Shown here one piece after another: positions 12,730 through 24,084 of a stretch of DNA of 64,000 nt (position 1 is the first letter of the stretch; every line of letters begins with the position of its first letter). The notes beneath the pieces are model-generated. The model saw only the letters and a program-made list of their open reading frames with translations. It was not told the DNA's origin and did not search any database. The translations under genes were made by a program, and so were the position numbers. This DNA comes from Enoplolaimus lenunculus (lineage: Eukaryota), in the NCBI GenBank assembly GCA_030248215.1, contig JASANG010003696.1, forward strand, positions 1 to 64,000, written 5' to 3'.

Positions 12730-12929
12730 GGCCCATGTAAAGATCAGTTGCGGAACGTTTTTCCGTGGGACTAGTCAAGAGTAAGCTTAAGCTCTAGACG
12801 AATTTTAGTTTGGATAGGCTTACGCTTAGGCTTAAGCTTAGGAATATGCTCATTCTTGTGGTAGGCTTAGGTTTAGGCATAGGAATATGCTTATAAAAAA
12901 CTGTTGCACCCCTATTCTTTACACTGGCC
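12730..12929 (+). mobile_element. Family A TTAGGC MITE with perfect TSD
   Basis: Both TIRs present. Perfect 8-bp duplication ATATCTGT at 12722-12729 and 12930-12937. Confidence 0.95.
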
Positions 12930-13886
12930 ATATCTGTTAATGGAAAGATGATGGCCAAAATAAAAATAGACTTACACTCCAAATGTATAATATTACGCTA
13001 TAAGAGTAACTATTTTCAAACCTAAACCGCCGAAATTTCCAAAGTTACGAAAAAATATCACTTTTTACAAGTTTTGGGATATTCATATTACAATTGCTGG
13101 CTAACAAATTCACTGTCAATATTATTATAAATATACCCCTTACCCCACAAAAATATTTCCTGGCTGCGCTCTCGGTTTGTGATCAAATTAGCTATTTTTT
13201 CTAAAAAGTACACAATTATAATTTGAATTATATTGTGGTAAAGCAAATTACTTTTTACAATTAACTCTGAGAAGAGTTTGGCTGTATAGAATAGACCGCC
13301 GATATGGGCGCAACTGCTTTCAGTAGTTTTTGGCTTAAAACTTCCGTGTAAAATCTATTTTTTCGCAGTTTGCAATGAATTATTTCATCTTCGACTGAGG
13401 ATATGGCACTCCAGCGATGGAGTAGCTATGTATTTTCGGATCAATTATTGTTTCCACCCGTTTAATTTAATGTGTCTAATTTTCAATTACACTGTAAATT
13501 CTAAACAGTTGCTTGATTAACTCAGCTAGCGAGTTCCAAGGCCGCATGTAGGTACAGAGGGGAGTGACAGGCGATGCAGCCCTAACTACAAAAATTTTCG
13601 TTCGCCTCGCTCAATCTAACAAACTTTGAACAATATGAAAAGAATTTGATTTGTGTCCATTGTACCGTTTTCCTAGCAAAAATTTGCAGCTGTCCCGATT
13701 ACCAATTTGTCCGAAACATACCTGTCCCGTTTTATTGTTGTCCTAGCGAAAAAAATTACTGAAGGGGTTCAGGGACCTTTAATATTTAGAAAATTAGAAT
13801 TTAAAAATAAACTCAAATACGATTTGCATTCTGCATATATACTTCAAATTGCTATGTTTTAATGGGAACGCTGTTGTTCGAAGCCC

Positions 13887-14041
13887 GGCTCATGTAAAGA
13901 TCAGGGGCGGAACGTGTTTCTGTGGGACTAGAATAGAGTGAGCTTAAGCTTTAGACTAATTTTTTTTAATTGGCTTAGGCTTAGGCTTAGGCTTTGGAAT
14001 AAGGTTATAATACTGTTCCGTCCATGTTCTTTACATTGGCC
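13887..14041 (+). mobile_element. Family A TTAGGC MITE, short single-module version
   Basis: Both TIRs present. Flanks CGAAGCCC / CGAAGCCA. Confidence 0.9.
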
Positions 14042-14591
14042 CGAAGCCATATAATTGAAACCGTACCGGTGTCCTTAATTCTTAAAAGCCAATCCCGTCA
14101 TATGTGGTTGTCCCAATCTGTTGATTTGTGTTTTAAGCTTTAATATCGATTTTTTTGAGCATTTCTCGTATAGCAGTAGGTACATCGTTACCTTTTAGAC
14201 AGGGTAATACGAGTTATTTGTCTTGTAAAAAACACTAAAATGTTTTTAATTAATTAATCATACCAAGATCAACCCCGCATTCAGGAATTTCTAGTAGACG
14301 GGAAGCGAGAAGATTTGTTAGGGGGTAAAAATGTCTTTTTAGTATAAAATTGCTTTAGAGCTGTCGAAAAAATTTTCGCCGTGATAGAGGGTATACCCCT
14401 AAAAAGGCGGCACCCCGTTTTGTGCGCCCCATACAAACCGCCTCTACGATCCAGAGTTAGGTTTGTTAAGCTAACTCACTTTGCCAGATATCAATCATTG
14501 TAAGTAACATTGTACTGGTTTGAGTCTTTTGATGTGCATTCGCAATGGAAATGCTACTGTCCAAAGCGTAAGTAGAGGTTAAAGCGATAAT

Positions 14592-14929
14592 GGCTGGGTT
14601 TCTAAAACCATATTTACGTACAACTTAGTACTTATGTACGTGCCAAGTAATTACTAAACCATTTTTAAAAGCTTAATTAATAAAGTAAATACTTAAATCG
14701 CTAAATTGGATATATTACTGTTTAACAGTCCAGACATACTAACCTTGGTCTAACTGAAATTGTAGACTCACAGCGCCTCCTTAATATAAAGCAAAACCAT
14801 TACATTCTTGTTAATATGACAATTGCTCGTACTTTGCGTTTTCTGTTATTGTTCGAAAAGTTAAGTATCGACTTATTACTTAATTATAACTTAAAGTAAA
14901 TACTTAAGTAAGATTTCGGAAACCCAGCC
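14592..14929. mobile_element. PIF/Harbinger-like MITE (TIR GGCTGGGTTTC, 3-bp AAT TSD)
   Basis: GGCTGGGTTTCT...GAAACCCAGCC flanked by AAT/AAT. Related copies at 16899-17264 (ATT/ATT) and ~51765-52130. Confidence 0.8.
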
Positions 14930-15760
14930 AATAAGGTTTTTGCAAATGTTACAAGTCTATAACCATAATCTATTAAGTATACTTTTAAAAAGCTTTAAAA
15001 TAGACTAAATTTTAAATACCCGTATCAAGACTTAACTTCATTACAACCTTTGCACCTGACGGTGGGGTCACCTTAAACATAGGGACCTTGGCACTGGATG
15101 CGACGACTATTTGAAGCTAAGATTTAAGATCATCATTCCGTGTTTTAAATTGCAAACTTTATCGTTCATTGCTTCTTAGCTGTCGCCGAATAAGTAACAG
15201 ATCCTATTATGCAGTTTTGTAGCCTAAAGGCAAAGATCATAGACTTTTGATAAAAAAGCTAAAAGCAAAATTAGATTAAAATTGACTTCAGATCTTCGTA
15301 GTGTTTTCGTTTTTATCAGCCAAAACACAGACAGATAATAATTATGATATAAAAATAAAGCGTACAGCATAGCCTACGCACGTAGCGGGTGTCCCTTAAG
15401 ATTTGAGAAAAAAAATTAGCCAGTCCGCCTATATTTCAAGGTATAGACGGCACGTTTCGCTTGATTTAAATTTGCGAAATTTTTAATTGGATTTTAAATT
15501 TGCCGAATTTAAATGTACAAAATTTTTTCGGGTTATTAATATAAGCAACCGCTGCGAACTTGATTCGCTGGTTGCGGCAGCCAATTAAATTCAAAAAGGT
15601 TTCTTTCAGAACATTTTTTGGCAAGATCTTTTAAGATGGATTTTTGATGAACGGAGAAACTTTAAACTGAATCACTTGTATAGCGAATTGGTGTTGAGTA
15701 AACAAATCTACGACAATTCGTCGCCCGATAATTTGTCGTCTAACAGTATGGTATAGCCTA

Positions 15761-16199
15761 TTGTAGTGACGCGAATAAGAGGGGGTAATAAGAGGGGGAA
15801 TTCTTATTATGAGTCCCAATCACTAGGAGTGTGTATTCCTAATAAGAGTCCGTCAGCAAATAGAGTCCCTAAACCCTAATTATAGTCGTCAATTGTTCTT
15901 AATTGTAGTGCATAAATGACTACAGGACCAAATACAGTTGAATTTGAAAGTTTAAAGTATACTTGAGTTTTGAAGCTACATTGCTAAGTATAACCTTATA
16001 TTATCGCTCAAGTTTTTGATTCAAGACAAATAACCGTTTGATTCACCGGATAGTTGCTATACCGACAGTAACAATTGAAAGGCGGCGGAGCGGATGGCGA
16101 GTTAAAAATAAATAACAGTCCATGACCGAATATCATGGGGGGAACGCTGTGAACAGGCTAAATAAATACCAGTTCCCCGTCGTATTCGGGTCGCTACAG
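15761..16199. mobile_element. TA-flanked MITE (TIR TGTAGTGACCCGAATA) nested in another MITE (15711-16316, TIR CGACAATTCGTCGCCCGA)
   Basis: TA on both sides. Second copy at 43086-43490. The outer element's inverted ends flank it. Confidence 0.8.
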
Positions 16200-16898
16200 T
16201 ATAAATAAATCAAATCATAATCGAAAGTGCAATCCTAAGCCGAAGCATAATCATGAACGACAAACTGTCGAGTCGATGAAATTTCGAATTACAAATTGTC
16301 GGGCGACGAATTGTCGCTTAATACCTGAATAAGCACGGTTTGAACGTGTGAAAGCTCTATTTTTAGCGACAATGTACGTTTTTCTTCAAGACACGAATTT
16401 CGTTTTGTATTTTCACACTATTTCTAACATAGAAATTATCTTTTTTACAACATTTTTGCGGTAAATTTGTCGTTCAACGCCTGTTTTTCGGTTCACTACT
16501 ACTTGAGTTAGTGAACGTCCAAGCATAGATTTTTGCATAAAATCTATGAATTTGGGTAAAAGAATACATATAAAAACAGCTTTTTGCTCTATGCTAGTTG
16601 CCAAATTTGCTGGTTTTAAGCAAAAAACATTGCAAAACTAAGCTAACTATTTTGCCAGACCGCAATCCTTCGTTAAAACTATACCGGTAGATTTGGCTGA
16701 CATTTTCGTATGAAAATTAGCTTTGTTTAAAGTTTACGAAAAATAATATTTGTCTGGTTTAGGTACAAATACATTGACCACCTTTTGAGTCAAATTAGAA
16801 GCCACGATATAATATTTTGTGAAGATTTAAGTTTAGCTTTAATTCGAGCGAGCGTAGAGAGTGAGAATATTTTTTTGACAATTCTGGTCAAAAATATT

Positions 16899-17264
16899 GG
16901 CTGGGTTTCTAAAATCTTACTTAAGCAATTACTTAAGTTATACTTAAGTGTAATTACTTAAGTCAATGTCTTAAGTAAATGCTTAACTTTTCGAACAAAA
17001 CCGGTAAACGACAAATGTGAGCGGTTGTCATAACAAAAAGTAATTGTTTTGATTTATATTAATTAGGTACCAAGAGTATATAATTTCAGTTAAACCAAGG
17101 TTAGCATACCAAAGCGGTAAATTTTTAATCGTTCAGATTTAGTCGGCGACTTAAGTATTTACTTAACTAAAGTACACTTTTAAAAACGACAAAATGGTTA
17201 AGTAATTACTTTGCACATACTTAAGTGCTAACTAGTACTTAAGTAGGGTTTCAGAAACCCATGC
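16899..17264. mobile_element. PIF/Harbinger-like MITE, second copy
   Basis: Homologous to 14592-14929 in opposite orientation. ATT/ATT flanks. Confidence 0.75.
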
Positions 17265-18236
17265 ATTTATCAAAAAGTACATTGACAATGTTTAACCTTT
17301 AACTATAGATAGGCACCGGATATCCGGATATCCGGATAAATATGCACATCGCTACCTTTAACCTATAACCATTCAATGATGAAACCAAATTTGTCACTCG
17401 TTCGCTTAATCATTCGTTGAATTTCTACCGTTTCGAATTGTAACGCCTGTTCGTGGCGACCGACTGAGGTAAGCATATTCGACTAAACCACCGTACTTAG
17501 ATGATTACAATAGTGCTTTAAGCACATTCTAAACGTCTTCGATGGAAAAAGCTCAACCCTAAAAAATGGTACAATTTCTTCCGTAAGCTAATATGATAAA
17601 TTGTAATTGTGTCTCGAATGCTTCAGTTTTCACTCTGCTATCATCAGCTTAATACCTGCACCGGGGCATTTTTCGTTCTAAATTTAATATCTAAAATTTG
17701 GATAAAATTGGTTGTGTATTTGCTAATAAATCGAAGTCATAAAATGGGTATATTTTAACGCGTCTGCTCCGTACGCTGGTATTTGGTTTGTAGTTTTATT
17801 TTTTGCTACCGTACCGCAATGTATGCTGGCAGGGTCGGAGCAGGCAAAGTCCCCCCCAAATTTATAGGCGGGGGTCCGTTGTAAGGATCAAAATATTTTT
17901 AAAATTTTTTGTTTTAAAATCTTGTTTGGATAGAGGCCCCTTTTTAGGGTGTCCATCCAAATGGAGGGTATGGTGAGTGGCTACTCCGGCCCTGTGTGCA
18001 GGTAGGTATATAAATGAGGGAGCAACCGCATACCGTTTTTTCTTTGGGTATCAATAATATTGCTCAATGGTGCCAAGCATTGCCAGTCTATTAAACGTTT
18101 TGCTCCAGAGCCCTACACTTGAGCACTCTGATATAATATTTCAGCAGCGCTCATGCGTACCATTGTCAGTCAAGCAATAAGCGATGATGACCTTTTATGG
18201 GGAATTTTGATTCATTTTAATCTATATAATTAAAAC

Positions 18237-18881
18237 CAGGGTTGCTGGCCGGAAAAAATATTACCGGAAAAAATGGGTTTTTTTCCATTTTTTTCATTTT
18301 TTTCGAGAGGGGTGGAAAAAATGGAAAAAATGAAAAAATATTAAACGATTTTTAAATATAATTTGCAACTAAATCTGGTATAAAATAACGTTTTTAGATG
18401 ACATGTAACTAATTTTCATGCAACACATTAACTGTGAACGTATGTATATGTCCACCAGGATACATTATCTGTCCAAAAAACGCGAAAATTGCAGCATATG
18501 AATATATAAATGGATTTCAGAATTGAAACTTTGCCTTGTTTTGTGTAATGTTCCAATCAGACGTCTGCCTATCGAGTCACTGATATATAATTTGTCCAAC
18601 TTATCGGAAAAAATTTTCGGGTCCCAGGGGCTGAACTTGGGACCTTAATAATCGAATTCTTCAAAAATTCAGATTTGGGCATGGAATCAGAGGATGTCAT
18701 CAGAAGCTCAAATATGCAAAAACTTTCAAAATGCAAGCATTTTTGGGCAAACGACGGCTAAGGGTGGCTAACTGATCTCTCAGACAAAGTATAATTTTTT
18801 CCATTTTTTTCCATTTTTTTCGGAAAAAATGGAAAAAAATGTTTTTTCCGGTCATAATTATTCCCGGAAAAAACAACCCTG
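18237..18881. mobile_element. hAT-like non-autonomous element
   Basis: Ends CAGGGTTG / CAACCCTG, subterminal CCGGAAAAAA repeats, perfect 8-bp TSD ATTAAAAC. Confidence 0.85.
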
Positions 18882-19542
18882 ATTAAAACTGTTCACTGTT
18901 TGTGTTATGAATTTTGATTCTAGCTGAAATTTAACTGGCAAAATTAATTGTTTGTTCATATGGAATCATAAGTTTTCTTACGCTTTGTTATTTTTGGCAA
19001 CGCATTCGCTGATCCGTAGCCAGACGGGGGCCAAGAAGGACTCATTCTCTTAGAAAATTTTGTCTTCCATAGAAAAGGTTCAACTTTACTTGCAAGTCAT
19101 CAAAATCCAATGTATGCCCGTCCTGAAAAATGTTTCGCCTGCCTTGCAAGATGGACTAGCTACAGGCCTGTGCGTTCGGAAGCGTTTAGCCAGTACTGAG
19201 GTCATGGGACTAATTCACACTAGTAAAATTTTGGCCCCATAGACACATTTTAACTCTGGACAAAGTCACATTAATTCCAAACATCGCCGTCCTAAAGATG
19301 CTTTTACTAAGACTTTGACCAGGCTATGGGCTTGGCTTAGATTGTAAAGTAAGGCTTTTGAAATTTGCGAGTTATGTGCTGAAATTAAGTATTATAATTT
19401 ACTTCGGTTTCCTACCATGGAATACAGAAAAAATTTCTTAATATTTTCAAAAAATTTTGGCTTCAGTTGTTGAAATAGTTTCCAGTTTTTATGCTGATAG
19501 TACGTTTCTGTACCCCGTCAGCAATCGCTGCTTTTGTATCTG

Positions 19543-19859
19543 AAGCCTAAGCCTAAGCCTAAGCGTGCAGATGATCGTATTCCTAAGTCTGACCCTAAGC
19601 CTAAGCATAAAAATTAGTCTAAAGCTTAAACTGACTCTATTATAACCCCTCCGAGAACGATCCGGCCCTGTTCTATACATGGGCCGGCGGAACAGTATTT
19701 TAAGCATATTCGGAAGCCAGACCCAAACCAAAGTGTAAGGATGAGCATATTTGTAAGCCTAAACCTCAGCCAACTAAGCCAAAAAATTAGTCTAAAGCTT
19801 AATCTTACTGTATTGCAGTTTCACAGAAAAACGATCCGCCCCTGATCTTTACATGGGTT
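19543..19859 (-). mobile_element. Two adjacent family A MITEs (19543-19685, 19686-19859)
   Basis: Two successive CCTAAG blocks, each ending in the reverse-complemented left TIR (...TACATGGGCC, ...TTACATGGGTT). Confidence 0.8.
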
Positions 19860-20193
19860 GATATTCCGAAGCAATTTTTAATTAGTAGTCAATGTGGTTG
19901 CAATATTTGCAGTACAATATCTTTTAATAGAGTACATTAAATGTCTATACTTTGGAAATTAGTTTGTTCTACCTTCTATAATTTGAAACTTAAATTATAA
20001 CTTAAAAGCTAAAGTTTTTTGGTTAAGGTACAAATGTTGCTTAGAAAACTAAAAGCAATTGTCATATTTCAAATGAGTTTATAAGCGTAACCTACTAGTT
20101 ATACAGTTACCAAATTACGTACCGTGAGCGTTCTAGCTTTATTAATATAGATTTCGATAAACAAATCAAACAAATTTATCATCATACGCAGTA

Positions 20194-23100
20194 ATGACAA
20201 CTAGCGAATCGTCACCTGCGTTAACGGTCACTCCAAGTCCGAAATCAACTTACCAACATGGGGGTTACGTCAGCAACGAAGGCCCCCCTGTGGCAACGTA
20301 TCGAGTAGTTGTATTAGGACGGACCAAAGTTGGGAAATCATCACTTTTGACACGGTTTTTTGACAATCATTTTGACTCCAAATATCGCGAAACTGTTGAA
20401 GATTTATACGCTCAGGTGTATTCAGTTAACGGCAGAGTGATCAAGATGGAGGTGATGGATACAGCAGGAAGTATGGAGTTTCCGGCAATGCGAAGGTTAA
20501 ATATTACATCCGCTCAGGTCAGTTGAATGCCAAGCGTTACGCCATACACGAGTTTTAGTTTAACCATGAGACTAAACCTAAACCTATTATATTTGCCTAA
20601 CGTCGAATCTAATCCAATGTTAAAATAGTCTTACGCATTCCTACAATCGTACATAGAAGTGTCAGGGCTGCAACTACGAGTGCGGGTGGAGAAAGGCAGG
20701 AAGGGGTGTCACCCCTAATGGAACTTTTTGGCTTCTTCTGGCCGAAAATTTTTTCAACTGCATCGGAAGCATTTTACGTGGGTAAAAGATTTCTTGCCCC
20801 ATCTACAAAGTTATTGACCTCTTTGCCAAACAAATTCACAGGTTTGGGGCTCATGTAAAGATCAGGGACGCAACGTTTTTCTACGAGACTGCAATAGAGT
20901 AAAGCTTAAAGCTTTAGACAATATTTTTGCTTGACTTAGGATTAGGCTTGGGCTTAGACTTAGAAATATGCTCATTCTTACGCTCACGTTTAGGTTTGAG
21001 CTTAGGCTTAGGCTTAGGAATATGCTTATAATACTGTTCCGCCCCTGTTCTGTACATTGGCCGGTTTTGGATGGAAAATTTTGTTAAATAGTGACATGAT
21101 GCACGCAAGAGCGCTAACGCGTCATACGATTGTTTTTTTTTGTTTAAACGTTGCTTACAAAATCCCGTATCTGTTATCAGACTTAAGCCATGCCTCTTTA
21201 AAGCAACCTCGCCAGGCACGTAGCCATCCCACCTTGGCAGGGGGACTAAAAATCTTTCAGGAGCGGCATACAAGGCTTTTCGCTCACTTAAAGGTTGAAA
21301 ATATTTAAGGGCCCCCAAAGTTTTTCACGAGGGAGCTGATCGGCTCTTGGTTCCGCCTTGGCTTCGGACGCGAACCTGGATTCAATATTTTTCAATTCAG
21401 GCGTTCATCATCGTGTACAGTTTGACGGACGTTCGTTCAATTCAATCCGTCATCGACTGTTTTGAAGAAATCAAATCGTTGCGGCGTTCCGATTACGAAC
21501 AGCTGCCGATTGTTGTGGTTGGCAACAAATTTGATTTGATCGAAAGTTGCGTTGCTGATTTTGATTGTGGAATTGTGGAACAGAATAATCGGGAAATTAA
21601 GTCTAATGAGTCTTCTAATCAAGACAGCACAGCGGGAGACGTAAGCGGTCATACAAGACACAAAAATGCAGCGTTTGTTCAAAAATGTCTGACCAAATCC
21701 GGAGCGGCAATGTGTACTATTGCGTATATTGAAACGTCAGCCAAATCAGGTACTATACAGATAGGGTGGTGAGCTTAGCCTACATTCTCAAATATGTGTA
21801 ACACTTTATCACCAGTTAGGAATAGGTTTTCAAACAATCGAAAGACTGTGTTTAAAAATGGTGTCAACATTGGCGGCCAATGTATAGAACAGAGTCGGAA
21901 CAGTAGTATAAGCATATTCCTAAGCCTAAAGCCTAAGCGTAATGATGAGCGTATTCCTAAACGTAAGCGTAAGCCTAAGCCTATAAGCCTAAGCAAAGAA
22001 GTAATAGTCATAAACTTAAACTGCGCTGTTCTATACATGGGCCAACTTGGCTCGCAAGTATGACCAATCAAATTCGAACAAAAGTGCCAAATCTGGTTAT
22101 ACGCGATTCATGCACTTGATGAACATGAACACTGGAGCTGCAGACAAAATAAGATTCGAAAAAGTTTAATGCATGCGCGCAATCAGTTTTAAGTGTTGAA
22201 AATTTGTCAAAAAAATATTAAATATTTTTCAAATTAACAAGTGTTATTCACGAATCACAAATACAACCAAAAGTGCATGATACAAGAGTGTACAACTCGT
22301 GGGGTTTCGCATGGTACAAAATGTAACACCGGGCGTTGCGTTTTTTGTCGACCCTTTCTTTGGTCGCTGTCAAATGTTATAAACCTAAATTAAACTGTAA
22401 GCGGAGCATTTTTGATGTCGTATACATACAGTGCCATGGTTCGTCCAGGTTGTATATATTTATGTTTTCACGGTATTAAATCAGGTTTCCATATTCGGCG
22501 TGAGTACAGCTGTTTTAATAGGGGAGGGGATGTGTAAATAAGCAAATATATAAAGGATTAATATGTCGTTTCTTGAACAGAGTGCGACGTGGGTAAGAAT
22601 TTTTTTACCCGACCCGCGCTTTACGCACGCAAACAAGAATTTTTTACCCGCGGGAATACTCGTGCAAAAAACATCTAACCACGAACCAGCTTTTACCTGC
22701 ACCCGAAGTCACATTAGTATTTTAAAGATCAAAGGTGCTTTGCACTTTAATGACCTTTTCCGTTATAGTTCCAATGAATTTTACGTATGAAAGCTTACTA
22801 GAAACAACAAATTTCAATCCCAGCCCAATATAGCACGGGCAGCACCTGACCAGAAGTAAAACACTGGCGTAGGTTTTCCACCTTAAAACATAACATTTTG
22901 TCGCGGGTAAGAACTGTGAATTTTTTACTCCCGAAATAAAAATCTTTACCCGCGGGTATACTCCCACCTGAAATTCTTTATCCGACCCGCGTTTACCCAC
23001 AGGGACCCAGCGCCGTCCGTCACCGACCGGTACCGTACGTGAAATGTCAATTACTCTCGTACGATATCGTATGTTGACGGCCCGGCGCCGGATGTCATCA

Positions 23101-23806
23101 GAAGTACAGCGCCATCCTAAAACGCATACTATAGTTTTCAGGAAAAGACGTCGTCGAAATTTTTGTTCAACTCGCCAAGCTGTCCAATTTGGATATTTGT
23201 GGCAGAGGTCCGGTTCCGGTTCAGTCGCGGCAAGTCGCCAAACCGTCAAGTACAAACGGCCACCCATCGCTAGGCCATCGCCGTAGTAGCACGTATAGCG
23301 GCGGGTTAGATACGGCGACGATGACGTCATCGATTACTCCACGTCGGAGTAAAATTAGCAAGTCTGATATACGCAAGCCTGACACGCGTGGCCGAGTGGA
23401 TAAAAAGCTTGCAATTGACAATGCCGACGGTCGCGACATCGCTGAGTCCGCCGGTTCGAGCCCACATCAAGAACGAGCGTCAATGGCAAGGCGGTTTAGA
23501 CGTTTTGGAAATTGTGCGTCTATAGAACGTAGCTCCCATGATGAGTCATATGATCACGGGATGAAAGACGGGACAAGATCCGGCAAATTATCGGTCGCTC
23601 GTTTAATTCAAGGACTGAGTGAGGTTCATCTCTCCGTTAAACGGCACAGGAATCGCGGTCATACCTCGGCTTCGGGACTGGAGTCCAAATTGGTTCGGAG
23701 AGGGTCAAAAATAAGTCATGAAAAATTTTCACGGCGACGAAGCGCTAATGCTGGAACGCAAATCGATCGAAGTGTGGAAGATGTTCGTGAATGTTATATT
23801 TCGTAA
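20194..23806 (+). CDS. Ras-family small GTPase, RASD (Dexras1/Rhes)/Di-Ras-like, ~445 aa, 3 exons
   Basis: Exons 20194-20517, 21401-21749, 23142-23806 (GT-AG, phases 0/1). G1 GRTKVGKS, switch I YRETVED, G3 DTAGSMEFPAMRRL (FPAMRRL is typical of RASD/DIRAS), G4 NKFD, G5 ETSAK, C-terminal CaaX CYIS. Confidence 0.92.
20848..21062 (+). mobile_element. Family A TTAGGC MITE in GTPase intron 1
   Basis: Both TIRs present. Flanks AGGTTTGG / GGTTTTGG. Confidence 0.9.
21875..22043 (-). mobile_element. Family A TTAGGC MITE in GTPase intron 2
   Basis: GGCCAATGTATAGAACAG ... CTGTTCTATACATGGGCC with CCTAAG blocks. Flanks ACATTGGC / AACTTGGC. Confidence 0.85.
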
Positions 23807-24084
23807 AGCACCACCCCAACCTCGCTGTAACAATTTGATATTTTCGCTAATGAATATATCACCCACGGAACAATTTTGAGCTTGTTCGTAATAACGCTAT
23901 GTGGCGAAAGCAATACAGCGTAACGTTGCCTTGGTATCGCAGAAAACATGGCATTCGCAATTGCAGTTGCCGTCCGCAATAAGTTGTGTTTTTTTATTAA
24001 AAGTTGTAAAAATTGCTTACTGAATAAATATTTTCCATATATATGCGTTGGCTTAAACCGCGAAATGCAACGTAGCGTTCAGTG

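Noticed and set aside
22722..23330. 202-aa minus-strand ORF
   Set aside because: Spans intronic repeats and the antisense of the GTPase last exon, with no recognisable motif.
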